From contig JAFLUT010000002.1 of NCBI GenBank assembly GCA_022508665.1, positions 7,606 through 71,605 on the forward strand: a stretch of DNA of 64,000 bases, read 5' to 3'. Position numbers and translations under genes: made by a program. Source of the DNA: Prevotellaceae bacterium. GTDB lineage: Bacteria > Bacteroidota > Bacteroidia > Bacteroidales > Bacteroidaceae. This document shows, piece by piece, positions 31,519-42,593 of this stretch. Positions within the stretch are counted from its first letter, which is position 1, and the number at the start of each line of letters is the position of its first letter. Under the pieces are notes generated by a model. That model ran no database searches and had not been told where the DNA came from. It worked only from the letters and a program-made list of their open reading frames with translations.

Positions 31519-34077
31519 ATGAAATTGTCTTTTATAAATAGATTGCTTCTCATATCTGGTTTTGTGCTATTGTGCCAAAACGCTTTTGCGCAGTCGATGA
31601 GCGATGAGCAGGTGATTGAATTTGTCCAGCAGGAGCAGAGCAAAGGTTCTGACCAGCAGCAGATTGTGACTAAGTTGCTGCAAAAGGGAGTGACAGCCGA
31701 GCAGTTGCGACGCATTAGAAAGAAATATGACGCTGAACAAAGCAATTTGGGCGCTTCAGACTTGACCGGGCAGTCGGGGCAGAAGTCGCAATCTCGCATG
31801 CGAGAGGGCAACAAGCAGATTGAGGGCGAGAAAAATCAGAAACAAAATCAATATATGGTGCGGTCGCAGTATCGCCAGCAAAACCGAGGCACAACGGATG
31901 AACGCACACAGGAACTGAACAACGAGATTGGGTTCATGGACATTGACTCGCTCATCTATTATCAGAAATACTTTGAGGAAGATGACGGCAAGCAGGTGTT
32001 TGGTCGCAATATATTTAACAATCAAATGCTTACGTTCCAACCCAACATGAATATGGCAACGCCGACGAACTACCATTTGGGTGCTGGCGATGAAGTGATT
32101 ATTGATGTATGGGGGGCTTCGCAAGAAACGTTCAGCGGTCTTATTTCGCCTGACGGAGTGCTGACAATAGAGGGAATAGGTCCTTGTAAAATCGGAGGAA
32201 TGACCGTGGCGGAGGCTACTTCTTATCTGCGTTCCCGATTGGGGCAGTTTTACTCCGATTCGCAGATACAGATAGCCGTAGGAGAAACTCGCAGCATTCA
32301 AGTGCAGGTGCTTGGCGAGGTGAACGTGCCGGGTACATATACTCTCAGTTCTCTTTCTTCTGCTTTCAATGCACTGTATTCGGCTGGAGGTATAAGCGAC
32401 ATCGGTACGCTGCGTGACATCAAGGTTTATCGCCAAGGCAGACAGATAGCAACGATTGACGTATACGACTATATCATCAATGGCAATTCTCAGGGCGATG
32501 TGAGGCTGAACGACAACGATGTCATCGTAGTTGGCCCATACGAGGCATTGGTGGACGTGCGCGGAAAGGTGAAACGCCCGATGTTCTATGAAATGAAGAC
32601 GACGGAGAGCATGGCAACACTGCTCAAATACACTGGTGGTTTCACTGGTGATGCGTATAAGAAAAATGTGCGTGTCATTCGCAAAAACGGAGAGGAGTAC
32701 TCCATACACACCGTTGGAGAGTTCGACTGGAACAGTTTCACTGTGGCTGACGGCGACTCGGTGTTTGTCGACAGTGTGGTCGCTCGCTATTCAAATATGG
32801 TTGAAGTGCGAGGTGCTGTGTTTCATCCCGGCATGTATCAAATGGACGGCAACATAAACAGCGTGAGAGAATTGGTCAATGCGGCGGCAGGACTTCGTGA
32901 GGACGCTTTCACGGCTCGTGCTGTGATGCACCGACAGAAGGCAGACCTCTCTCTCGAGGTATTGGCGGTCGATATTCAAGGCATAATGGACGGCAATATT
33001 GCAGATATTCCTCTGCGCAAAAATGATGTGCTGTTCATTCCGAACAAACTGGATTTGATAGGTGAACAGACATATAGCATTACGGGAGAGGTGAACTATC
33101 CCGGCGTCTATGTATATGCTGACAACACTGCACTTGAAGACCTCGTGTTGCAAGCAGGAGGTTTGACCGACGGAGCATCGATAATGAAAGTGGATGTATT
33201 CCGCCGCATTAACGACCCTCTGGCAACTGCAGACAAGGAAGAACTTACGGAGACATTCTCTTTCTCGCTGAAAGACGGCTTTGTCATTGACGGAGAACCG
33301 GGGTTTGTGCTGAAGCCATACGACCAAGTGGCTGTGAGAAAGAACCCAACGTATTCTAAACAGCAGAATGTAAAGGTTACTGGTGCGGTGAACTTTGAGG
33401 GAGAATATGCAATGTCTAACAAGACCTATAAACTGAGCGACCTTGTTAAAGACGCAGGTGGACTCAGCACATTCGGCTATGCGAAAGGCGCAAGGCTTGA
33501 ACGCGAAATGACAGACGAGGAGCGTGAGCAGAGGGAGATTTCGCTGAGAGAGTCGCAAATTTCATTGTATGAGGAAACGTTGCAGTCAGAGACAAAGAAT
33601 TTTGACTTCAATCGTGCCGATTCTTTGTTCACAATGAAGATAGACATGGGCAAAACCTTCCCTGTGGCGATAGACCTTGAGAAGGCGCTGAAAAAGCCCG
33701 GATGCGAGGAAGACATCGTGCTGCGTGAAGGTGATAATCTTATCATACCTCAATACTCTTCTATCGTGAAAATTACAGGCGAGGTCATGTATCCAATATC
33801 CATGAACTACAAGAGGGGAGAAAAACTCAGTTACTATATCAAACGTGCTGGTGGATATGATGACAACGCAAGAAAAAAACGTGTGTATGCTGTGTATTCC
33901 AATGGTGCGGTAAAACTTGTTAAACATTTAAGCAAGAAGGCTATTGAACCGGGCTGTACTATTGTTGTTCCTCCGAAGAAGAAGAATAGGATGACGACTT
34001 CTGAATATGCTGCCTTAGGAACTTCTGCGGCTTCTATTGCTACTATGATGGTGACAATAGCAAATCTTCTGAAATAG
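31519..34077 (+). CDS. polysaccharide export protein (Wza-like, multi-SLBB)
   Basis: 852 aa with a signal peptide. It has repeated SLBB-type contexts GEVNVPGTYTL, GEVNYPGVYVY, GAVNFEGEYAM and GEVMYPISMNY, and a C-terminal hydrophobic helix. Confidence 0.85.
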   Translation: MKLSFINRLLLISGFVLLCQNAFAQSMSDEQVIEFVQQEQSKGSDQQQIVTKLLQKGVTAEQLRRIRKKYDAEQSNLGASDLTGQSGQKSQSRMREGNKQIEGEKNQKQNQYMVRSQYRQQNRGTTDERTQELNNEIGFMDIDSLIYYQKYFEEDDGKQVFGRNIFNNQMLTFQPNMNMATPTNYHLGAGDEVIIDVWGASQETFSGLISPDGVLTIEGIGPCKIGGMTVAEATSYLRSRLGQFYSDSQIQIAVGETRSIQVQVLGEVNVPGTYTLSSLSSAFNALYSAGGISDIGTLRDIKVYRQGRQIATIDVYDYIINGNSQGDVRLNDNDVIVVGPYEALVDVRGKVKRPMFYEMKTTESMATLLKYTGGFTGDAYKKNVRVIRKNGEEYSIHTVGEFDWNSFTVADGDSVFVDSVVARYSNMVEVRGAVFHPGMYQMDGNINSVRELVNAAAGLREDAFTARAVMHRQKADLSLEVLAVDIQGIMDGNIADIPLRKNDVLFIPNKLDLIGEQTYSITGEVNYPGVYVYADNTALEDLVLQAGGLTDGASIMKVDVFRRINDPLATADKEELTETFSFSLKDGFVIDGEPGFVLKPYDQVAVRKNPTYSKQQNVKVTGAVNFEGEYAMSNKTYKLSDLVKDAGGLSTFGYAKGARLEREMTDEEREQREISLRESQISLYEETLQSETKNFDFNRADSLFTMKIDMGKTFPVAIDLEKALKKPGCEEDIVLREGDNLIIPQYSSIVKITGEVMYPISMNYKRGEKLSYYIKRAGGYDDNARKKRVYAVYSNGAVKLVKHLSKKAIEPGCTIVVPPKKKNRMTTSEYAALGTSAASIATMMVTIANLLK

Positions 34078-34105
34078 TGTGTTCCCCATTAAAACAGCAA
34101 ATCTT

Positions 34106-35209
34106 ATGAAACCCCAATATGATTTTCTGATTGTAGGCACAGGTTTGTTTGGCGCAGTCTCCGCTTATCTTCTGAAGAAGAAGGGCTACTCTATCTGCAT
34201 GATAGACAAACGTGAACATATAGGAGGAAACGTATATACAGAGAATGTGCGTGGCATCAATGTCCATAAGTACGGAGCGCACATCTTCCATACAAGCAAT
34301 AAAAAGGTATGGGATTTTGTAAATAGTTTTGCGGAGTTCAACCGCTATACAAACTCGCCTGTGGCGAACTATAAAGGGAAACTGTACAACCTTCCTTTCA
34401 ACATGAACACATTCTATCAGATGTGGGGTGTGAAGACTCCCGAAGAGGCGAGAAAGAAGATAGATGAACAAAAGAAGGAATACCATATAGACAACCCGAG
34501 AAACCTTGAAGAGCAGGCAATTAGCCTCATCGGCAAGGACATATACGAAGCCCTTATCAAAGGCTACACCCAGAAGCAATGGGGGCGGAAATGCACAGAA
34601 CTTCCAGCGTTCATCATCAAACGACTGCCTGTACGGTTTACTTTCGACAACAACTATTTCAACGACAAATATCAAGGAATACCCGAAGGCGGCTATACAG
34701 CGTTGATAGAGAAGATGATAGAAGGCTGTGAAGTGCGGCTGGGAGTAGATTATTTCGACCAAAAGGAAGAACTCGACGCTATGGCAGAACGAGTTATCTA
34801 CACGGGAGAGATAGACCGATATTTCAATTATCAATACGGACACCTGCAATATCGCACAGTCTCTTTTGATACAGAACTGATGGAAGGTGTCGAAAACTAT
34901 CAAGGCAATGCGGTGGTCAACTACACCGATGCCGAAACACCTTATACACGTATCATCGAACATAAGCATTTTGAATACGGCACACAGCCAGACACCGTCA
35001 TTTCCCGAGAATACAGCAAGGAATGGCAGCCGGGCGATGAGCCGTATTATCCAGTAAATGACGAAAAGAACTCCGTACTATACGCACAATACAAAGCCCT
35101 TGCCGATGCCCAAGATAAGGTCATCTTTGGCGGTCGTTTGGCAGAGTATAAGTATTATGACATGCACAAAGTGATAGAGAGGGCGTTTGAGATGATAGGC
35201 GAACTATAA
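34106..35209 (+). CDS. glf: UDP-galactopyranose mutase
   Basis: YDFLIVGTGLFGAV FAD fold, plus HIGGNVYT and YGAHIFHT. I prefer the ATG at 34106 over the GTG at 34079. Confidence 0.93.
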   Translation: MKPQYDFLIVGTGLFGAVSAYLLKKKGYSICMIDKREHIGGNVYTENVRGINVHKYGAHIFHTSNKKVWDFVNSFAEFNRYTNSPVANYKGKLYNLPFNMNTFYQMWGVKTPEEARKKIDEQKKEYHIDNPRNLEEQAISLIGKDIYEALIKGYTQKQWGRKCTELPAFIIKRLPVRFTFDNNYFNDKYQGIPEGGYTALIEKMIEGCEVRLGVDYFDQKEELDAMAERVIYTGEIDRYFNYQYGHLQYRTVSFDTELMEGVENYQGNAVVNYTDAETPYTRIIEHKHFEYGTQPDTVISREYSKEWQPGDEPYYPVNDEKNSVLYAQYKALADAQDKVIFGGRLAEYKYYDMHKVIERAFEMIGEL

Positions 35210-35225
35210 AAGATATAATGTATTT

Positions 35226-36368
35226 ATGGAAGAGAAAGAGAACGACAATAGCAAGCCAATCCTGCAGAAGGATTCTTTATTCGCATTGGCGAGGAAACTG
35301 TATCAGCACCGCAAGTTACTGTTGAGAAGTGCAATCATCGGAACAGTTGTCGGCATCTTGTTTGCCATAGGCGTACAAAAGGAATGGACGGCACAAGTAG
35401 TGCTTGTGCCTGAAACGGAAGAATCAGGACTTGGTGGCAAACTGGGCGGTTTAGCGTCTCTTGCAGGCATCAACATGGCAGCAGGTTCTTCTGATGCGCT
35501 ATACCCTGAGTTATATCCGCAGATGATAGAGGCAACGCCTTTCATTGTGGGGCTGTTTGATGTAAAGGTAACAACTTTGAATGGCGAAATCGAGACAACA
35601 TTCTATGATTATATTAAAAATCATCAGAAAAGGACATGGACAGCAAGTGTGGCGTATTGGATGCGTCAGGGCATAAAGGCTATCACATCTACGTTTATCA
35701 AAAGCGAGTTCAAACAGTCATCAGATGAAATCGACCCTTTCTATCTCTCAATAGAGCAAGACATGCTTGTTGAGTCTGTACGCAAAGGCATTGTAGATGC
35801 ATTTGTCAACAAAAGCGACATGCTTATTACATTAAGCGTAACGACTCAAGACCCTCTTGTGTCAGCAACACTGGTCGACAGCGTCCGTGTTCGTCTGCAG
35901 CAGGAGATTATAAACTACCGCACCCAAAAGGCAAGGCACGACATGGAGTATTACGCTCATCTTGTTGACGAGTCGAGAGCGGAATACAAACGTTTGGAAC
36001 AAAACTATGCCGATTATGCGGACACACACCAAAACCCGTTCTTGACCTCTGTAATAGCAGAAAGGGATGATTTGGAAAACCAGATGCAGATAGCGTATGA
36101 GGTTTATTCTCAAATGGTTCAGCAGTATGAACTCTCTAAGGCGAAGGTGCAGGAGGCAACTCCTTCATTCACAATTCTCCAGCCGTCGAGCGTTCCTATA
36201 AAACCGTCAAGCATCCCAAAAATCGTTGTGATGTTGCTATGGATTTTCGTATTCGTTTCTCTTACAGCATTATGGATTTTGTTGCGAGACACTTTGCGTG
36301 ACTGGAAGATTAAAATAACTTCTCCTGAAGTTGTTACAGCAACAACAGATGATGTTGAAACGACTTAA
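35226..36368 (+). CDS. Wzz-like chain-length determinant (no kinase domain)
   Basis: Two TM helices flank a coiled-coil region. There is no Walker A/tyrosine-rich tail. Confidence 0.75.
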   Translation: MEEKENDNSKPILQKDSLFALARKLYQHRKLLLRSAIIGTVVGILFAIGVQKEWTAQVVLVPETEESGLGGKLGGLASLAGINMAAGSSDALYPELYPQMIEATPFIVGLFDVKVTTLNGEIETTFYDYIKNHQKRTWTASVAYWMRQGIKAITSTFIKSEFKQSSDEIDPFYLSIEQDMLVESVRKGIVDAFVNKSDMLITLSVTTQDPLVSATLVDSVRVRLQQEIINYRTQKARHDMEYYAHLVDESRAEYKRLEQNYADYADTHQNPFLTSVIAERDDLENQMQIAYEVYSQMVQQYELSKAKVQEATPSFTILQPSSVPIKPSSIPKIVVMLLWIFVFVSLTALWILLRDTLRDWKIKITSPEVVTATTDDVETT

Positions 36369-36383
36369 TGATAGCGAAGCATA

Positions 36384-37568
36384 ATGCTGATCTATGTAGC
36401 GATATTCCTATTTCTGCTTATCCCTGTCATTCGGTTTGACTTAATGAAGATAGAGGGGAATAAAAGCCTGTGGTTTTATTCTTCTCTCATCATTCTCATT
36501 TTGCTTGCAGGATTGCGGTATAGGGTTGGTAGTGATACGTTAATATATATGCGCCAGTTTAATAGTAATCCTTCGATGAGGGAACTGTCGACATTCAACT
36601 TCAGGACCGCTGAATATAATCCTTTGTGGTATATCTTTAATTCTCCATTTGTGACAATGAAGAGTTTTACTATGTTCCAAATAGCACATGCCACTGTGGT
36701 AAATTCTATTTTCTTCTGGTTTTTTAGGAAGTATGTTCCTACGGCTTATTTTACCGCTATTTTTGTCTATTATTTTGGATATTTCTTTTATTTCAACATG
36801 GATGTTTTACGCGAATCACTGTGCGTAGGCATTCTTTTGTTGGCATATCCATATTTAGAGAAAAAGAAGTTCATCCAGTATTATTTATTGTGCATTGTAG
36901 CATTGTTCATGCACATGTCAGCAATCGTTATGTTTGTCATTCCTTTCACATTGATATTCAAGCGAGACAATATATATATATTCGTTTGTGTTTTTTGTTC
37001 ATTGATATGTTTGTTGTTAATCTTTGATATTGTTTCCTTCATACTTAGTATTGCTTTTGAAGGAATTATTGCTGAAAAAATTAATTCATATTTGCATCGT
37101 GATGCCCCAAATTTATTTGGAATTGCTCTACAGTTTCTTACTATGCTTCCAGTTTTGCTTGTAACCTTTGTCCGCAATCGTAATCATTATAACAATGATA
37201 AAACTATAGGAGCGATATTGCTTATGCTGATTGCCATTCAAACAGTAGGTATGTCTATTGCTGCTTTTGTACGTTTCAACAACTATCTGGCTCCGTTTTG
37301 TATAGTATTTATTATCAACACATTTTATTTACATTATTGGGATATGAGACGTCACTTCAAGCTTCTAATGATTGTATATTGTGCATTGTTTGTTTATGCG
37401 TTCTCTTTGTCTCGTTTTTATTTCAAGAGTAGAAGCGAAGACTATCCTGGTGGAAGGCATTATCATACATATATACCTTATCATTCGATTTTTGACCCAG
37501 TCGAGGATGAGAGACGCGAAACTCTAATAAAAAATATGCGCTCAAATGATATGTTGATAAAATTCTAA
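36384..37568 (+). CDS. EpsG-family polysaccharide polymerase (Wzy-like)
   Basis: 394-aa polytopic ORF with the GLRYRVGSDTLIY motif. The DNA here is very AT-rich. Confidence 0.78.
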   Translation: MLIYVAIFLFLLIPVIRFDLMKIEGNKSLWFYSSLIILILLAGLRYRVGSDTLIYMRQFNSNPSMRELSTFNFRTAEYNPLWYIFNSPFVTMKSFTMFQIAHATVVNSIFFWFFRKYVPTAYFTAIFVYYFGYFFYFNMDVLRESLCVGILLLAYPYLEKKKFIQYYLLCIVALFMHMSAIVMFVIPFTLIFKRDNIYIFVCVFCSLICLLLIFDIVSFILSIAFEGIIAEKINSYLHRDAPNLFGIALQFLTMLPVLLVTFVRNRNHYNNDKTIGAILLMLIAIQTVGMSIAAFVRFNNYLAPFCIVFIINTFYLHYWDMRRHFKLLMIVYCALFVYAFSLSRFYFKSRSEDYPGGRHYHTYIPYHSIFDPVEDERRETLIKNMRSNDMLIKF

Positions 37569-37611
37569 ATATTTTTCATAAGACGTTGTTATAAAACTTG
37601 ATATCTATAAG

Positions 37612-38874
37612 ATGCCATTAGATAAGTATATAATAGTAGCAAAAAATTTCGGATACTTGTCTGTGCTAAATGCACTCAATATGGTGCTGCCTCTCATTAG
37701 TATTCCTTATTTGACAAACACTATAGGAACTTCATATTATGGTGTCTATATCTATGTACTTGTCCTCGTGCAGAGCATCAACGTCATCACCCAATACGGT
37801 TTTCAGTTCTCCGCTACAAAAAAGATTTCTCAGAACCGCAATGACAAGGCTTTCGTAGAAAGGATTTCCTCAACCGTGCTGGTAGCAAGGTTTTTCATAG
37901 CGACAATATGCATAGCCTTGATTTTAGGGATGTCCCGTTGGCTGCTCGACACCGACGACCGGCTTTTGATGTTTATTACTGCGCTCGGCATGGTGTATGG
38001 CGATGTATTTATCCCTACATGGTTGTTTCAAGGCATGGAGCGTATGAAGTTTGTGACAATCGTGAATGCAGTATCAAAGATATTGTTCACATTGTTAATC
38101 TTCATCGTAATATCGTCTCCCAACGACTACCGATACATCTTGCTGCTCAATTCTGTGGGCTTTATCGTTGCCGCAGTGCTAAGCATGACACTTGTCAAGG
38201 TGCAATTTGGACTATCTTTGCGAATGCCTCGCCTCAATGATGTGTGGCATGAACTGCGAGAGAGTTTCACCTTATTCCTTTCTATGATAGGCATAGACCT
38301 CTACCGCAACGTCAACGTCATCGTGCTGAAATTCTTCGTGAGCGATGCGGCTGTCGGCATATATGCCATTGCAGAGAAAGTGATAAAGGCCACCCAATCG
38401 TTCATCACTCCAATCTCACAGGCACTGTTCCCACATGTCAGCCTTAAAATCAAGTCAGAAGGTATCGGTTCAAGCATGCACCTCCTCTATCGTGCATCGT
38501 TTCTGCTCGTCTGCTTCACCATAGCAGCCTCCGTAGGCATATATCTGTGTGGAGACTTCCTCGTATCACTCACTGGCAAAGACTTCGGCGAGATAAAGCC
38601 ACTGATGAGCATGATGTATCCCGTGTTAGTTTTTGGATGCCTAAACTATCTGCTCGGCATTGTCGGCTTAGTCAATTTAGGTCAACAGAAGTTTTTCTTT
38701 TATGCCGTATTCCTTTCCGGCACAGTCTCATTGCTGCTGCTCCTACTGTTTGCTCGCTATTGGGGAGTGCAGATAGCAGCAATTACAATATCTATGTCAG
38801 AAATCCTTCTGTTTATCGCATGCGCATGCCGACTGGGGTATTTACATAAGAAAGAATCACAGAGTAAAAAGTGA
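37612..38874 (+). CDS. Wzx-type oligosaccharide flippase (MOP superfamily)
   Basis: 420 aa with about 12 TM helices. The N-terminus is typical for a Wzx flippase. Confidence 0.82.
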   Translation: MPLDKYIIVAKNFGYLSVLNALNMVLPLISIPYLTNTIGTSYYGVYIYVLVLVQSINVITQYGFQFSATKKISQNRNDKAFVERISSTVLVARFFIATICIALILGMSRWLLDTDDRLLMFITALGMVYGDVFIPTWLFQGMERMKFVTIVNAVSKILFTLLIFIVISSPNDYRYILLLNSVGFIVAAVLSMTLVKVQFGLSLRMPRLNDVWHELRESFTLFLSMIGIDLYRNVNVIVLKFFVSDAAVGIYAIAEKVIKATQSFITPISQALFPHVSLKIKSEGIGSSMHLLYRASFLLVCFTIAASVGIYLCGDFLVSLTGKDFGEIKPLMSMMYPVLVFGCLNYLLGIVGLVNLGQQKFFFYAVFLSGTVSLLLLLLFARYWGVQIAAITISMSEILLFIACACRLGYLHKKESQSKK

Positions 38875-38913
38875 TTATGGCATTGTACAAGGTGATATTA
38901 TTATGACAATGCA

Positions 38914-39801
38914 TTATACAAGGTTTTTACATGTAAGATGATAGTGATCCATCATTTGCTTAATTTGTTTGTCATTCATAGAAAGTATACCTCTATTTTG
39001 ATGTTGCAGGCTAGAATTTCTATGGCTCAACTGGTAAAAGGTGTCTAAAGGAATCATTGTGAACTCTTTGAAAGGGAGAACTGTGATAGGTATATGCTGG
39101 AGAATAATCATAAAGTAAAACCACACATCGTCAGCAGTAGGACATAGTTTCATGAAAAGTTCTTCCTTCAAGACATCGTGATACAATAATCGTTTTTGAA
39201 ACATACAACCGCCTCCTGTCGTAGGGAAAAGAGGATAACTCGTCTTATTATACACAAGTTTTTCCCATTTATCGTATGGCATTATAGTACCATTAGAAAA
39301 GACTGGACGATGTGCGCGATGGGTATAGACTCTATTAGGGTCTTTTTCATACGCCTCTACCAAGCGCTTTATGAAATCTCGTGAATAATAGAAATCATCA
39401 TCTGTAGTTATGATTATGTCATCTGGAAACTCCGCAAGTGCGAAGATGTGTTTTTTATAGGACTTTATATCTTTGCAGAACCGTATGGTTAGACCTTGCC
39501 TTTGAAGAATTTTCAGTTTTTTAGGGATATTGTCACTATTCCAATTTATATCATCAAGCCATAAAATTACAGCATCAGGTTTATAGTTTTGCCGAAGAAG
39601 TGAACGGAGAGTATAGGGCAGAATGTCCTGAACCCTTCTTCCGTAACTAGTAAGTGAAACAATTACTTTGTTATTCCTTTTCTCTATAGTATTGACTCCA
39701 TATTCATAATTTTTCTCAAAGAAAAAATTTAGATAAACCTTCACCCAACACCCCAAAATAGAAAGTATAGTGATACGTATTTTGTTGTATAGTTTCTTCA
39801 T
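38914..39801 (-). CDS. putative glycosyltransferase (family not recognised)
   Basis: 295-aa soluble ORF with VIVSLTSYGRRV, ILWLDD and ITTDDDFYY (DxD-like). The call draws on its context in the glycosyltransferase arm. Confidence 0.6.
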   Translation of the reverse strand: MKKLYNKIRITILSILGCWVKVYLNFFFEKNYEYGVNTIEKRNNKVIVSLTSYGRRVQDILPYTLRSLLRQNYKPDAVILWLDDINWNSDNIPKKLKILQRQGLTIRFCKDIKSYKKHIFALAEFPDDIIITTDDDFYYSRDFIKRLVEAYEKDPNRVYTHRAHRPVFSNGTIMPYDKWEKLVYNKTSYPLFPTTGGGCMFQKRLLYHDVLKEELFMKLCPTADDVWFYFMIILQHIPITVLPFKEFTMIPLDTFYQLSHRNSSLQHQNRGILSMNDKQIKQMMDHYHLTCKNLV

Positions 39802-40769
39802 TATTTATTTATAGCATTAATAAAATCTTGACGGGTTACTATATTCTTTTTATTTGCATCACGTATAACACGAAATATGACTTTTATGCCATTAAATCCT
39901 AATCCGTTCTTTGCTAAAACCAATGTTGCATACAAAGCACAAGGAATCATCCATGCAATATAAACAACAAAGGAATAATTTTTTCTAATATCTATAAATC
40001 TGTTGAGATAATGAATATAGTATCTCCCTTGACTACTATTTTTTGTGGAGCTACTGACTTTATGATAAATTTTAGAAGAAAGCACACATGCCATTTTCCG
40101 TTTTCTCTTGTTCATTTGTAGACAAAAGTTGAAATCTTCTTCTCCAAAGAAAAAATCTTCTGTAAAAATACCTCCATCTTTACGAAGTATATTGGGTTTG
40201 AAAAATAAAGCACATCCCGTCAAGAATGTTACCATTATATGCCCAACCTCTTTAATGGCATGTACATGTTGCTTTGCATAAAAGTATTTGCGAAATCCAA
40301 AGAACTGCCTGCCACCAGCATTCCATACAATGTTATGGTCATAATGGTAGCAAATAAGAGGAGTAAGTGCCTGAATGTTAGGATGTTCTTTAGAGAACTC
40401 CAATAGTGATTGCAGAAAAGACGGCTCAACTATTGTATCATTGTTCAGAAGAAGGTAGTTCTCTGGAGATGCTGACAAAACCAGTCTTATCGCTTCATTG
40501 TTCCCCTTAGCAAATCCTAAATTCTCTCGCTGTGTGTATATTATTATCTCGTGATTTGCAGGATTTCTATCGAGTTTTACACCATTGGGTATTATACGAT
40601 ATATAATACCTGTATCTTGCATATATTGTTCTATTTTTATGACAGAGTTATCAGACGAACCATTATCAACAATCACGCAGAAAAAATCTTCCGGCACATT
40701 TCTTAATGATTGCAAACACTCTATTGTGTCTTCAGCACCATTCCAGTTCAGTATAATTATTGCCGTCAT
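39801..40769 (-). CDS. glycosyltransferase family 2
   Basis: IIILNWNG, VDNGSSD and LLNNDT contexts (rhamnosyltransferase-like GT2). Confidence 0.85.
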   Translation of the reverse strand: MTAIIILNWNGAEDTIECLQSLRNVPEDFFCVIVDNGSSDNSVIKIEQYMQDTGIIYRIIPNGVKLDRNPANHEIIIYTQRENLGFAKGNNEAIRLVLSASPENYLLLNNDTIVEPSFLQSLLEFSKEHPNIQALTPLICYHYDHNIVWNAGGRQFFGFRKYFYAKQHVHAIKEVGHIMVTFLTGCALFFKPNILRKDGGIFTEDFFFGEEDFNFCLQMNKRKRKMACVLSSKIYHKVSSSTKNSSQGRYYIHYLNRFIDIRKNYSFVVYIAWMIPCALYATLVLAKNGLGFNGIKVIFRVIRDANKKNIVTRQDFINAINK

Positions 40770-41560
40770 ACAGATGTCCTTTTGTGATTATTCAGCCAAG
40801 TCTGAAATTTCTTCTTGAAATAGGTAGGGAAGAAGAACACAGACAAGTACATATATGCCATAAAGTTAGAGTATCCAAACGCCTCTTTATATACTTTGGC
40901 ATTGTATTTTATCAGATTGATTTTATTAGACGATATGCTGCCCGGCACTTTGCGATAAATAGCAAGCGGCTCCTGCACAGCGTATGCCTTGCCGCACTTT
41001 TTGAGAATAGAGAGGAACAGCACCCAGTCTTGCCGTTTACGTATAGTCGGCATATAGAACTTTCCATGTTTTGCAGTATCATAAATGGCAGTGAGACAAC
41101 CAATTTTGTTGTCTCTCTTCTCCTGTGACAAAGTCAATGTTTTAGGCGCAATAACCTTTCCGATGACGTCTCCCTTATAATTGCAAGTGTAGTAAGAACT
41201 AAAACAGAGGCAGCAATCCTTCTCCTTCATAAAAGCCAATTGCTTCTCCAACTTCTCAGGCAGCCACCGGTCATCGCTATCGCAAAAAGCAATGTATCGT
41301 CCTGTGGCATGGCTGATAGAGTTATTGCGAGCCACCCCAGCCCCTTTGTTAGCATCCAAAAAGAACACCTTCACCCTTTCGTCCTTCTGGGCGTATGCCT
41401 TCAATATGCTTATGGTTTCATCATCTGATGAATGGTCGTCAGAAATGAGCAGTTCAAGGTCTTGATAAGTCTGCGAAAGCACGCTATCAATGCTCTCACA
41501 AATCATCCTGCCAGTATTGTACGACGGCATAATTACCGAAACTCTCTCATTCATAGCCAT
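40766..41560 (-). CDS. glycosyltransferase family 2
   Basis: VSVIMPSYN, SDDHSSD and FCDSDD contexts. It overlaps the next gene by 4 nt. Confidence 0.87.
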   Translation of the reverse strand: MAMNERVSVIMPSYNTGRMICESIDSVLSQTYQDLELLISDDHSSDDETISILKAYAQKDERVKVFFLDANKGAGVARNNSISHATGRYIAFCDSDDRWLPEKLEKQLAFMKEKDCCLCFSSYYTCNYKGDVIGKVIAPKTLTLSQEKRDNKIGCLTAIYDTAKHGKFYMPTIRKRQDWVLFLSILKKCGKAYAVQEPLAIYRKVPGSISSNKINLIKYNAKVYKEAFGYSNFMAYMYLSVFFFPTYFKKKFQTWLNNHKRTSV

Positions 41561-41572
41561 ACATGCTGTCGC

Positions 41573-42565
41573 CTATTCAGAAACAAAAATCACATCATCT
41601 TGCGGAGGATTGACAAACTCAAACTGCAACGTCCTCGCCAGCCCATCTGCAAGCGTGTATGGCGCTTCGAAACCACTTGCAAGCATCTTCGACGAGTCAA
41701 ATTCCGTCGTAGCGCAAAACTTCTTCACCCTCACAGAACTAATAGTCAGTTTCTTGCGAGTGATGAACGCCGCCAAGTCAAAGCAGTAACCGCCGAGCAT
41801 CCCCAGCCAATACGGGAAATGCATGTTCGGAATATGCTTGCCAAGCACCTTCTCCACAAGCGCCACCAACTCATTAGTTGTAAAGTCAGGCTTGTCAATA
41901 TAGTTGTACACATTACACCCCTCATCCTTGCTGTCTATCAAGAACTTAACGAATGCCACAACATTGCCCACATACGCCATTGACTTCTTGTTATTTCCGT
42001 TGCCAACCATTAGAAATCTTCCGCCAGCAATCTGTTTAAGCAAGTTATACACATTACCACGGTTACGCTCGCCAAAGATGACTGTTGGACGCACAATGTT
42101 CACATTCCAGTCCTGATGCGTGCGGTGCCATTCCTGCAACACCTGCTCAGCCTGCCACTTAGACTTTCCGTAATGATTGAAAGGGTCTTTCTCATGCTCC
42201 TCATTCGGATTGTTCTTGTTCAGTCCATACACAGCAACCGACGAAAAGAAGACGATGCGTTTCACCCCATTCTTTTCCATTGCCCTAAGGGTATTCTCCA
42301 TTCCCTTCACATTCGTGTCATAATACAGCGACACAGGACTCACGTCATCCCTATGCTGCGCAGCCAGCAGCACGACAAGGTCGGTATTTGCCAGTTCCTT
42401 ATCCATCTGCTCTTGGTTGCGTACATCCCCTATGATTGTATATTGATTGAAAAAGTGGCTGGGCAGCAAATCAATGTTTTTCAACTCATATTGCTCAGAC
42501 CCGTCAAGAAGATTCATAAGCCGTGTACCTACAAATCCACTGGCACCAATCAATGTTATTCTCAT
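41573..42565 (-). CDS. NAD-dependent epimerase/dehydratase (SDR)
   Basis: GASGFVGTRL Rossmann motif and the YGKSK catalytic YxxxK. Confidence 0.85.
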   Translation of the reverse strand: MRITLIGASGFVGTRLMNLLDGSEQYELKNIDLLPSHFFNQYTIIGDVRNQEQMDKELANTDLVVLLAAQHRDDVSPVSLYYDTNVKGMENTLRAMEKNGVKRIVFFSSVAVYGLNKNNPNEEHEKDPFNHYGKSKWQAEQVLQEWHRTHQDWNVNIVRPTVIFGERNRGNVYNLLKQIAGGRFLMVGNGNNKKSMAYVGNVVAFVKFLIDSKDEGCNVYNYIDKPDFTTNELVALVEKVLGKHIPNMHFPYWLGMLGGYCFDLAAFITRKKLTISSVRVKKFCATTEFDSSKMLASGFEAPYTLADGLARTLQFEFVNPPQDDVIFVSE

Positions 42566-42593
42566 TTCTTGTTTCTTAATTGATAAAACGATA

